This document shows positions 11,500 through 25,254 of a DNA stretch of 64,000 bases, in pieces; the first letter of the stretch is position 1, and every line of letters starts with the position of its first letter. Under the pieces are notes generated by a model. The model searched no databases. It saw only the letters and a program-made list of their open reading frames with translations, and was not told where the DNA came from. Made by a program: the position numbers and the translations under genes. The stretch lies in the NCBI RefSeq assembly GCF_009914755.1, contig NC_060948.1. One strand, written 5' to 3'. The DNA is from the human T2T-CHM13v2.0 reference genome, Homo sapiens.

Positions 11500-14400
11500 A
11501 TTGGAATCGAACGGAATGGAATGCAATGAAATGGAATGGACTCGATCAGAACGGACTGGAGAGGAATGTACACAAATGGAATGGAAACGAAAGGAATGGA
11601 ATGAAATGGAATGGAATGCAATGGAATTGAAAGGAACGGAATCAAATGGAATGGAATGGAATGGAATGGAATGGATTGGAATAGAATGGATTCAAATAAA
11701 ATAGAATCGATTGCAATGGTATTGAATGGAAGGGACTTGAATGGAATGGAAAGCAATGGAAGATATAGGAATCGAATGGCATCGAATGAAATGGAATGGA
11801 AAGGAATGGAACGGACCCGAATGGAATGGAATGGACTCAAATATAATGGACTCTAATGGAATCGACTGAAGTATAATAGACTCGAAAGGAATGTCCTGAA
11901 GCGGAATTTATTTGAATAGAATGGAATCAAATGGAATACAATCGTATGGAATGGAATCGAATGGAATGGAATCGAATGGAATGTAATCAAATGGAATGGA
12001 ACGGAATTCAATATAATGGAGTAGAATGGAATGCATTGGAAAGGAGCAGAGTGGAATCGAGTGGATTGGAATCGAGTGGAATGGAATCAAAGGGAACGAA
12101 ATCGAATTGAATGGATTTGAATGGAATTGAGTCGAAAGGAATTGACTCGAAAGGAATGGACTGGAACAAAAAGGAATCAAATGGACAGGAATGGAATGGA
12201 ATGGACTCGAATGGAATGGAGTCAAATGCAAACGCATCGAATGGAATGGATTCAAATGGAATGCAATTGAATGGAATAGAAAGGAAGAGAATGGAATTGA
12301 GAGTAATGGAAAGATATCGATTGGAATGAAAGGGAATGGAAAGGAATTGAATGGAAAGGAATGGACTCGAAAGAAATGGATTGGAATGGAATGGTCTCCA
12401 ATGGAATGGACTGGAGTGGAATGGAATCGAATGGAAAGAAAAGAATGGAACGGAATGGAACGGAAAGGAATAGAATGTTATGGAATCCGATTGGACAGAA
12501 TGCAATGGAATGCAGTTTCATGAAATGGAGTCGAATAGAGTGGCATCAAAAGGAATGGAATGGAGTGGACTCAAAAGGAATGGACTCGAAAGGAATGGAG
12601 TCGAACCAAATTGAATCAAATGGATTGGAGTCGAACAGAATGGAATGGAATGCAATGAACTCGACTGGAGTAGAGAGGAATGAAAAGGAATAGAATGGAA
12701 TGTAATCAAATGGATTGCAAGTGAATGGAATCAAAAATAATAGAAAGGAATGGAGTGTAAAGGGATGATATTGAATTAAATGGAATGGAATGGAATTTAA
12801 TGGAATGGAGTAGAAGGAATGGACAGGAATGTAATGGACTCCAATGGAACGGAATGGATCAAAATGTATTTGAACAGATTGGAATCGAACGGAATGGAAT
12901 GCAATGAAATGGAATGGACTCGATCAGAACGGACTGGAGAGGAATGTACACAAATGGAATGGAAACGAAAGGAATGGAATGAAATGGAATGGAATGCAAT
13001 GGAATTGAAAGGAACGGAATCAAATGGAATGGAATGGAATGGAATGGAATGGATTGGAATAGAATGGATTCAAATAAAATAGAATCGATTGCAATGGTAT
13101 TGAATGGAAGGGACTTGAATGGAATGGAAAGCAATGGAAGATATTGGAATCGAATGGCATCGAATGAAATGGAATGGAACGGAATGGAACGGACCCGAAT
13201 GGAATGGAATGGACTCAAATATAATGGACTCTAATGGAATCGACTGAAGTATAATAGACTCGAAAGGAATGTCCTGAAGCGGAATTTATTTGAATAGAAT
13301 GGAATCAAATGGAATACAATCGTATGGAATGGAATCGAATGGAATGGAATCGAATGGAATGTAATCAAATGGAATGGAACGGAATTCAATATAATGGAGT
13401 AGAATGGAATGCATTGGAAAGGAGCAGAGTGGAATCGAGTGGATTGGAATCGAGTGGAATGGAATCAAAGGGAACGAAATCGAATTGAATGGATTTGAAT
13501 GGAATTGAGTCGAAAGGAATTGACTCGAAAGGAATGGACTGGAACAAAAAGGAATCAAATGGACAGGAATGGAATGGAAGGGACTCGAATGGAATGGAGT
13601 CAAATGCAAATGCATCGAATGGAATGGATTCAAATGGAATGCAATTGAATGGAATAGAAAGGAAGAGAATGGAATTGAGAGTAATGGAAAGATATCGATT
13701 GGAATGAAAGGGAATGGAAAGGAATTGAATGGAAAGGAATGGACTTGAAAGAAATGGATTGGAATGGAATGGTCTCCAATGGAATGGACTGGAGTGGAAT
13801 GGAATCGAATGGAAAGAAAAGAATGGAACGGAATGGAACGGAAAGGAATAGAATGTTATGGAATCCGATTGGACAGAATGCAATGGAATGCAGTTTCATG
13901 AAATGGAGTCGAATAGAGTGGCATCAAAAGGAATGGAATGGAGTGGACTCAAAAGGAATGGACTCGAAAGGAATGGAGCCGAACCAAATTGAATCAAATG
14001 GATTGGAGTCGAACAGAATGGAATGGAATGGAATGAACTCGACTGGAGTAGAGAGGAATGAAAAGGAATAGAATGGAATGTAATCAAATGGATTGCAAGT
14101 GAATGGAATCAAAAATAATAGAAAGGAATGGAGTGTAAAGGGATGATATTGAATTAAATGGAATGGAATGGAATTTAATGGAATGGAGTCGAAGGAATGG
14201 ACAGGAATGTAATGGACTCCAATGGAATGGAATGGATCAAAATGGATTTGAACAGATTGGAATCGAACGGAATGGAATGCAATGAAATGGAATGGACTCG
14301 ATCAGAACGGACTGGAGAGGAATGTACACAAATGGAATGGAAACGAAAGGAATGGAATGAAATGGAATGGAATGCAATGGAATTGAAAGGAACGGAATCA

Positions 14401-15240
14401 AATGGAATGGAATGGAATGGAATGGATTGGAATAGAATGGATTCAAATAAAATAGAATCGATTGCAATGGTATTGAATGGAAGGGACTTGAATGGAATGG
14501 AAAGCAATGGAAGATATTGGAATCGAATGGCATCGAATGAAATGGAATGGAACGGAATGGAACGGACCCGAATGGAATGGAATGGACTCAAATGTAATGG
14601 ACTCGAATGGAATCGACTGAAATATAATAGACTCGAAAGGAATGGCCTCGAGCGGAATTTATTTGAATAGAATGGAATAAAATGGAGTACAATCGTATGG
14701 AATGGAATCGATTGGAATGGAATCGAATGGAATGTAATCAAATGGAATGGAACGGAATTCAATATAATGGAGTAGAATGGAATGCATTGGAAAGGAGCAG
14801 AGTGGAATCGAGTGGATTGGAATCGAGTGGAATGGAATCAAAGGGAACGAAATCGAATTGAATGGACTTGAATGGAATTGAGTCGAAAGGAATTGACTCG
14901 AAAGGAATGGACTGGAACAATAAGGAATCAAATGGACAGGAATGGAATGGAATGGACTCGAATGGAATGGAGTCAAATGCAAACGCATCGAATGGAATGG
15001 ATTCAAATGGAATGCAATTGAATGGAATAGAAAGGAAGAGAATGGAATTGAGAGTAATGGAAAGATATCGATTGGAATGAAATGGAATGGAAAGGAATTG
15101 AATGGAAAGGAATGGACTCGAAAGAAATGGATTGGAATGGAATGGTCTCCAATGGAATGGACTGGAGTGGAATGCAATCGAATGGAAAGAAAAGAATGGA
15201 ACGGAATGGAACGGAAAGGAATAGAATGTTATGGAATCCG
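11500..15240 (+). repeat. Copy 1 of a ~3.7-kb block repeated 13755 bp (10 units) downstream
   Basis: Shared rare variants at 11767/25522 (gatatAggaatc), 11801/25556 (ggaAaggaatggaacggaccc), 13746/27501 (ggactTgaaagaaat) and the ggaataaaatggagtac variant near 14678/28433. Boundaries are approximate. Confidence 0.8.
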
Positions 15241-18200
15241 ATTGAACAGAATGGAATGGAATGCAGTTTCATGAAATGGAGTCGAATATAGTGGCATCAA
15301 AAGGAATGGAATGGAATGGACTCAAAAGGAATGGACTCGAAAGGAATGGAGTCGAACCAAATTGAATCAAATGGATTGGAGTCGAACAGAATGGAATGGA
15401 ATGGAATGAACTCGACTGGAGTAGAGAGGAATGAAAAGGAATAGAATGGAATGTAATCAAATGGATTGCAAGTGAATGGAATCAAAAATAATAGAAAGGA
15501 ATGGAGTGTAAAGGGATGATATTGAATTAAATGGAATGGAATGGAATTTAATGGAATGGAGTCGAAGGAATGGACAGGAATGTAATGGACTCCAATGGAA
15601 TGGAACGGATCAAAATGGATTTGAACAGATTGGAATCGAACGGAATGGAATGCAATGAAATGGAATGGACTCGATCAGAACGGACTGGAGAGGAATGTAC
15701 ACAAATGGAATGGAAACGAAAGGAATGGAATGAAATGGAATGGAATGCAATGGAATTGAAAGGAACGGAATCAAATGGAATGGAATGGAATGGAATGGAT
15801 TGGAATAGAATGGATTCAAATAAAATAGAATCGATTGCAATGGTATTGAATGGAAGGGACTTGAATGGAATGGAAAGCAATGGAAGATATTGGAATCGAA
15901 TGGCATCAAATGAAATGGAATGGAACGGAATGGAACGGACCCGAATGGAATGGAATGGACTCAAATGTAATGGACTCGAATGGAATCGACTGAAATATAA
16001 TAGACTCGAAAGGAATGGCCTCGAGCGGAATTTATTTGAATAGAATGGAATCAAATGGAATACAATAGTATAGAATGGAATCGAATGGAATGGAATCGAA
16101 TGGAATGTAATCAAATGGAATGGAACGGAATTCAATATAATGGAGTAGAATGGAATGCATTGGAAAGGAGCAGAGTGGAATCCAGTGGATTGGAATCGAG
16201 TGGAATGGAATCAAAGGGAACGAAATCGAATTGAATGGACTTGAATGGAATTGAGTCGAAAGGAATTGACTCGAAAGGAATGGACTGGAACAAAAAGGAA
16301 TCAAATGGACAGGAATGGAATGGAATGGACTCGAATAGAATGGAGTCAAATGCAAACGCATCGAATGGAATGGATTCAAATGGAATGCAATTGAATGGAA
16401 TAGAAAGGAAGAGAATGGAATTGAGAGTAATGGAAAGATATCGATTGGAATGAAATGGAATGGAAAGGAATTGAATGGAAAGGAATGGACTCGAAAGAAA
16501 TGGATTGGAATGGAATGGTCTCCAATGGAATGGACTGGAGTGGAATGCAATCGAATGGAAAGAAAAGAATGGAACGGAAGGGAACGGAAAGGAATAGAAT
16601 GTTATGGAATCCGATTGAACAGAATGGAATGGAATGCAGTTTCATGAAATGGAGTCGAATAGAGTGGCATGAAAAGGAATGGAATGGAGTGGACTCAAAA
16701 GGAATGGACTCGAAAGGAATGGAGTCGAACCAAATTGAATCAAATGGATTGGAGTCGAACAGAATGGAATGGAATGGAATGAACTCGACTGGAGTAGAGA
16801 GGAATGAAAAGGAATAGAATGGAATGTAATCAAATGGATTGCAAGTGAATGGAATCAAAAATAATAGAAAGGAATGGAGTGTAAAGGGATGATATTGAAT
16901 TAAATGGAATGGAATGGAATTTAATGGAATGGAGTAGAAGGAATGGACAGGAATGTAATGGACTCCAATGGAATGGAATGGATCAAAATGTATTTGAGCA
17001 GATTGGAATGGAACGGAATGGAATGCAATGAAATGGAATGGACTCGATCAGAACGGACTGGAGAGGAATGTACACAAATGGAATGGAAACGAAAGGAATG
17101 GAATGAAATGGAATGGAATGCAATGGAATTGAAAGGAACGGAATCAAATGGAATGGAATGGAATGGAATGGATTGGAATAGAATGGATTCAAATAAAATA
17201 GAATCGATTGCAATGGTATTGAATGGAAGGGACTTGAATGGAATGGAAAGCAATGGAAGATATTGGAATCGAATGGCATCGAATGAAATGGAATGGAACG
17301 GAATGGAACGGACCCGAATGGAATGGAATGGACTCAAATGTAATGGACTCGAATGGAATCGACTGAAATATAATAGACTCGAAAGGAATGGCCTCGAGCG
17401 GAATTTATTTGAATAGAATGGAATCAAATGGAATACAATCGTATGGAATGGTATCGAATGGAATGGAATCGAATGGAATGTAATCAAATGGAATGGAACG
17501 GAATTCAATATAATGGAGTAGAATGGAATGCATTGGAAAGGAGCAGAGTGGAATCGAGTGGATTGGAATCGAGTGGAATGGAATCAAAGGGAACGAAATC
17601 GAATTGAATGGACTTGAATGGAATTGAGTCGAAAGGAATTGACTCGAAAGGAATGGACTGGAACAAAAAGGAATCAAATGGACAGGAATGGAATGGAATG
17701 GACTCGAATGGAATGGAGTCAAATGCAAACGCATCGAATGGAATGGATTCAAATGGAATGCAATTGAATGGAATAGAAAGGAAGAGAATGGAATTGAGAG
17801 TAATGGAAAGATATCGATTGGAATGAAATGGAATGGAAAGGAATTGAATGGAAAGGAATGGACTCGAAAGAAATGGATTGGAATGGAATGGTCTCCAATG
17901 GAATGGACTGGAGTGGAATGCAATCGAATGGAGAGAAAAGAATGGAACGGAATGGAACGGAAAGGAATAGAATGTTATGGAATCCGATTGAACAGAATGG
18001 AATGGAATGCAGTTTCATGAAATGGAGTCGAATAGAGTGGCATGAAAAGGAATGGAATGGAGTGGACTCAAAAGGAATGGACTCGAAAGGAATGGAGTCG
18101 AACCAAATTGAATCAAATAGATTGGAGTCGAACAGAATGGAATGGAATGGAATGAACTCGACTGGAGTAGAGAGGAATGAAAAGGAATAGAATGGAATGT

Positions 18201-21200
18201 AATCAAATGGATTGCAAGTGAATGGAATCAAAAATAATAGAAAGGAATGGAGTGTAAAGGGATGATATTGAATTAAATGGAATGGAATGGAATTTAATGG
18301 AATGGAGTAGAAGGAATGGACAGGAATGTAATGGACTCCAATGGAACGGAATGGATCAAAATGTATTTGAACAGATTGGAATCGAACGGAATGGAATGCA
18401 ATGAAATGGAATGGACTCGATCAGAACGGACTGGAGAGGAATGTACACAAATGGAATGGAAACGAAAGGAATGGAATGAAATGGAATGGAATGCAATGGA
18501 ATTGAAAGGAACGGAATCAAATGGAATGGAATGGAATGGAATGGAATGGATTGGAATAGAATGGATTCAAATAAAATAGAATCGATTGCAATGGTATTGA
18601 ATGGAAGGGACTTGAATGGAATGGAAAGCAATGGAAGATATTGGAATCGAATGGCATCGAATGAAATGGAATGGAACGGAATGGAACGGATCCGAATGGA
18701 ATGGAATGGACTCAAATATAATGGACTCTAATGGAATCGACTGAAGTATAATAGACTCGAAAGGAATGTCCTGAAGCGGAATTTATTTGAATAGAATGGA
18801 ATCAAATGGAATACAATCGTATGGAATGGAATCGAATGGAATGGAATCGAATGGAATGTAATCAAATGGAATGGAACGGAATTCAATATAATGGAGTAGA
18901 ATGGAATGCATTGGAAAGGAGCAGAGTGGAATCGAGTGGATTGGAATCGAGTGGAATGGAATCAAAGGGAACGAAATCGAATTGAATGGATTTGAATGGA
19001 ATTGAGTCGAAAGGAATTGACTCGAAAGGAATGGACTGGAACAAAAAGGAATCAAATGGACAGGAATGGAATGGAAGGGACTCGAATGGAATGGAGTCAA
19101 ATGCAAACGAATCGAATGGAATGGATTCAAATGGAATGCAATTGAATGGAATAGAAAGGAAGAGAATGGAATTGAGAGTAATGGAAAGATATCGATTGGA
19201 ATGAAAGGGAATGGAAAGGAATTGAATGGAAAGGAATGGACTCGAAAGAAATGGATTGGAATGGAATGGTCTCCAATGGAATGGACTGGAGTGGAATGGA
19301 ATCGAATGGAAAGAAAAGAATGGAACGGAATGGAACGGAAAGGAATAGAATGTTATGGAATCCGATTGGACAGAATGCAATGGAATGCAGTTTCATGAAA
19401 TGGAGTCGAATAGAGTGGCATCAAAAGGAATGGAATGGAGTGGACTCAAAAGGAATGGACTCGAAAGGAATGGAGTCGAACCAAATTGAATCAAATGGAT
19501 TGGAGTCGAACAGAATGGAATGGAATGGAATGAACTCGACTGGAGTAGAGAGGAATGAAAAGGAATAGAATGGAATGTAATCAAATGGATTGCAAGTGAA
19601 TGGAATCAAAAATAATAGAAAGGAATGGAGTGTAAAGGGATGATATTGAATTAAATGGAATGGAATGGAATTTAATGGAATGGAGTCGAAGGAATGGACA
19701 GGAATGTAATGGACTCCAATGGAATGGAATGGATCAAAATGGATTTGAACAGATTGGAATGGAACGGAATGGAATGCAATGAAATGGAATGGACTCGATC
19801 AGAACGGACTGGAGAGGAATGTACACAAATGGAATGGAAACGAAAGGAATGGAATGAAATGGAATGGAATGCAATGGAATTGAAAGGAACGGAATCAAAT
19901 GGAATGGAATGGAATGGAATGGATTGGAATAGAATGGATTCAAATAAAATAGAATCGATTGCAATGGTATTGAATGGAAGGGACTTGAATGGAATGGAAA
20001 GCAATGGAAGATATTGGAATCGAATGGCATCGAATGAAATGGAATGGAACGGAATGGAACGGACCCGAATGGAATGGAATGGACTCAAATGTAATGGACT
20101 CGAATGGAATCGACTGAAATATAATAGACTCGAAAGGTATGGCCTCGAGCGGAATTTATTTGAATAGAATGGAATCAAATGGAATACAATAGTATAGTAT
20201 GGAATCGAATGGAATGGAATCGAATGGAATTTAATCAAATGGAATGGAACGGAATTCAATATAATGGAGTAGAATGGAATGCATTGGAAAGGAGCAGAGT
20301 GGAATCGAGTGGATTGGAATCGAGTGGAATGGAATCAAAGGGAACGAAATCGAATTGAATGGACTTGAATGGAATTGAGTCGAAAGGAATTGACTCGAAA
20401 GGAATGGACTGGAACAAAAAGGAATCAAATGGACAGGAATGGAATGGAAGGGACTCGAATGGAATGGAGTCAAATGCAAACGCATCGAATGGAATGGATT
20501 CAAATGGAATGCAATTGAATGGAATAGAAAGGAAGAGAATGGAATTGAGAGTAATGGAAAGATATCGATTGGAATGAAATGGAATGGAAAGGAATTGAAT
20601 GGAAAGGAATGGACTCGAAAGAAATGGATTGGAATGGAATGGTCTCCAATGGAATGGACTGGAGTGGAATGCAATCGAATGGAAAGAAAAGAATGGAACG
20701 GAATGGAATGGAAAGGAATAGAATGTTATGGATTCCGATTGAACAGAATGGAATGGAATGCAGTTTCATGAAATGGAGTCGAATAGAGTGGCATGAAAAG
20801 GAATGGAATGGAGTGGACTCAAAAGGAATGGACTCGAAAGGAATGGAGTCGAACCAAATTGAATCAAATGGATTGGAGTCGAACAGAATGGAATGGAATG
20901 GAATGAACTCGACTGGAGTAGAGAGGAATGAAAAGGAATAGAATGGAATGTAATCAAATGGATTGCAAGTGAATGGAATCAAAAATAATAGAAAGGAATG
21001 GAGTGTAAAGGGATGATATTGAATTAAATGGAATGGAATGGAATTTAATGGAATGGAGTCGAAGGAATGGACAGGAATGTAATGGACTCCAATGGAATGG
21101 AATGGATCAAAATGGATTTGAACAGATTGGAATCGAACGGAATGGAATGCAATGAAATGGAATGGACTCGATTAGAACGGACTGGAGAGGAATGTACACA

Positions 21201-24200
21201 AATGGAATGGAAACGAAAGGAATGGAATGAAATGGAATGGAATGCAATGGAATTGAAAGGAACGGAATCAAATGGAATGGAATGGAATGGAATGGAATGG
21301 ATTGGAATAGAATGGATTCAAATAAAATAGAATCGATTGCAATGGTATTGAATGGAAGGGACTTGAATGGAATGGAAAGCAATGGAAGATATTGGAATCG
21401 AATGGCATCGAATGAAATGGAATGGAACGGAATGGAACGGACCCGAATGGAATGGAATGGACTCAAATATAATGGACTCTAATGGAATCGACTGAAGTAT
21501 AATAGACTCGAAAGGAATGTCCTGAAGCGGAATTTATTTGAATAGAATGGAATCAAATGGAATACAATCGTATGGAATGGAATCGAATGGAATGGAATCG
21601 AATGGAATGTAATCAAATGGAATGGAACGGAATTCAATATAATGGAGTAGAATGGAATGCATTGGAAAGGAGCAGAGTGGAATCGAGTGGATTGGAATCG
21701 AGTGGAATGGAATCAAAGGGAACGAAATCGAATTGAATGGATTTGAATGGAATTGAGTCGAAAGGAATTGACTCGAAAGGAATGGACTGGAACAAAAAGG
21801 AATCAAATGGACAGGAATGGAATGGAAGGGACTCGAATGGAATGGAGTCAAATGCAAACGCATCGAATGGAATGGATTCAAATGGAATGCAATTGAATGG
21901 AATAGAAAGGAAGAGAATGGAATTGAGAGTAATGGAAAGATATCGATTGGAATGAAAGGGAATGGAAAGGAATTGAATGGAAAGGAATGGACTCGAAAGA
22001 AATGGATTGGAATGCAATGGTCTCCAATGCAATGGACTGGAGTGGAATGGAATCGAATGGAAAGAAAAGAATGGAACGGAATGGAACGGAAAGGAATAGA
22101 ATGTTATGGAATCCGATTGGACAGAATGCAATGGAATGCAGTTTCATGAAATGGAGTCGAATAGAGTGGCATCAAAAGGAATGGAATGGAGTGGACTCAA
22201 AAGGAATGGACTCGAAAGGAATGGAGTCGAACCAAATTGAATCAAATGGATTGGAGTCGAACAGAATGGAATGGAATGGAATGAACTCGACTGGAGTAGA
22301 GAGGAATGAAAAGGAATAGAATGGAATGTAATCAAATGGATTGCAAGTGAATGGAATCAAAAATAATAGAAAGGAATGGAGTGCAAAGGGATGATATTGA
22401 ATTAAATGGAATGGAATGGAATTTAATGGAATGGAGTCGAAGGAATGGACAGGAATGTAATGGACTCCAATGGAATGGAATGGATCAAAATGGATTTGAA
22501 CAGATTGGAATCGAACGGAATGGAATGCAATGAAATGGAATGGACTCGATCAGAACGGACTGGAGAGGAATGTACACAAATGGAATGGAAACGAAAGGAA
22601 TGGAATGAAATGGAATGGAATGCAATGGAATTGAAAGGAACGGAATCAAATGGAATGGAATGGAATGGAATGGATTGGAATAGAATGGATTCAAATAAAA
22701 TAGAATCGATTGCAATGGTATTGAATGGAAGGGACTTGAATGGAATGGAAAGCAATGGAAGATATTGGAATCGAATGGCATCGAATGAAATGGAATGGAA
22801 CGGAATGGAACGGACCCGAATGGAATGGAATGGACTCAAATGTAATGGACTCGAATGGAATCGACTGAAATATAATAGACTCGAAAGGAATGGCCTCGAG
22901 CGGAATTTATTTGAATAGAATGGAATAAAATGGAGTACAATCGTATGGAATGGAATCGATTGGAATGGAATCGAATGGAATGTAATCAAATGGAATGGAA
23001 CGGAATTCAATATAATGGAGTAGAATGGAATGCATTGGAAAGGAGCAGAGTGGAATCGAGTGGATTGGAATCGAGTGGAATGGAATCAAAGGGAACGAAA
23101 TCGAATTGAATGGACTTGAATGGAATTGAGTCGAAAGGAATTGACTCGAAAGGAATGGACTGGAACAAAAAGGAATCAAATGGACAGGAATGGAATGGAA
23201 TGGACTCGAATGGAATGGAGTCAAATGCAAACGCATCGAATGGAATGGATTCAAATGGAATGCAATTGAATGGAATAGAAAGGAAGAGAATGGAATTGAG
23301 AGTAATGGAAAGATATCGATTGGAATGAAATGGAATGGAAAGGAATTGAATGGAAAGGAATGGACTCGAAAGAAATGGATTGGAATGGAATGGTCTCCAA
23401 TGGAATGGACTGGAGTGGAATGCAATCGAATGGAAAGAAAAGAATGGAACGGAATGGAACGGAAAGGAATAGAATGTTATGGAATCCGATTGAACAGAAT
23501 GGAATGGAATGCAGTTTCATGAAATGGAGTCGAATATAGTGGCATCAAAAGGAATGGAATGGAATGGACTCAAAAGGAATGGACTCGAAAGGAATGGAGT
23601 CGAACCAAATTGAATCAAATGGATTGGAGTCGAACAGAATGGAATGGAATGGAATGAACTCGACTGGAGTAGAGAGGAATGAAAAGGAATAGAATGGAAT
23701 GTAATCAAATGGATTGCAAGTGAATGGAATCAAAAATAATAGAAAGGAATGGAGTGTAAAGGGATGATATTGAATTAAATGGAATGGAATGGAATTTAAT
23801 GGAATGGAGTCGAAGGAATGGACAGGAATGTAATGGACTCCAATGGAATGGAATGGATCAAAATGGATTTGAACAGATTGGAATCGAACGGAATGGAATG
23901 CAATGAAATGGAATGGACTCGATCAGAACGGACTGGAGAGGAATGTACACAAATGGAATGGAAACGAAAGGAATGGAATGAAATGGAATGGAATGCAATG
24001 GAATTGAAAGGAACGGAATCAAATGGAATGGAATGGAATGGAATGGAATGGATTGGAATAGAATGGATTCAAATAAAATAGAATCGATTGCAATGGTATT
24101 GAATGGAAGGGACTTGAATGGAATGGAAAGCAATGGAAGATATTGGAATCGAATGGCATCGAATGAAATGGAATGGAACGGAATGGAACGGACCCGAATG

Positions 24201-25254
24201 GAATGGAATGGACTCAAATGTAATGGATTCGAATGGAATCGACTGAAATATAATAGACTCGAAAGGAATGGCCTCGAGCGGAATTTATTTGAATAGAATG
24301 GAATCAAATGGAATACAATCGTATAGAATGGAATCGAATGGAATGGAATCGAATGGAATGTAATCAAATGGAATGGAACGGAATTCAATATAATGGAGTA
24401 GAATGGAATGCATTGGAAAGGAGCAGAGTGGAATCGAGTGGATTGGAATCGAGTGGAATGGAATCAAAGGGAACGAAATCGAATTGAATGGACTTGAATG
24501 GAATTGAGTCGAAAGGAATTGACTCGAAAGGAATGGACTGGAACAAAAAGGAATCAAATGGACAGGAATGGAATGGAATGGACTCGAATGGAATGGAGTC
24601 AAATGCAAACGCATCGAATGGAATGGATTCAAATGGAATGCAATTGAATGGAATAGAAAGGAAGAGAATGGAATTGAGAGTAATGGAAAGATATCGATTG
24701 GAATGAAATGGAATGGAAAGGAATTGAATGGAAAGGAATGGACTCGAAAGAAATGGATTGGAATGGAATGGTCTCCAATGGAATGGACTGGAGTGGAATG
24801 CAATCGAATGGAAAGAAAAGAATGGAACGGAATGGAATGGAAAGGAATAGAATGTTATGGATTCCGATTGAACAGAATGGAATGGAATGCAGTTTCATGA
24901 AATGGAGTCGAATAGAGTGGCATGAAAAGGAATGGAATGGAGTGGACTCAAAAGGAATGGACTCGAAAGGAATGGAGTCGAACCAAATTGAATCAAATGG
25001 ATTGGAGTCGAACAGAATGGAATGGAATGGAATGAACTCGACTGGAGTAGAGAGGAATGAAAAGGAATAGAATGGAATGTAATCAAATGGATTGCAAGTG
25101 AATGGAATCAAAAATAATAGAAAGGAATGGAGTGTAAAGGGATGATATTGAATTAAATGGAATGGAATGGAATTTAATGGAATGGAGTCGAAGGAATGGA
25201 CAGGAATGTAATGGACTCCAATGGAATGGAATGGATCAAAATGGATTTGAACAG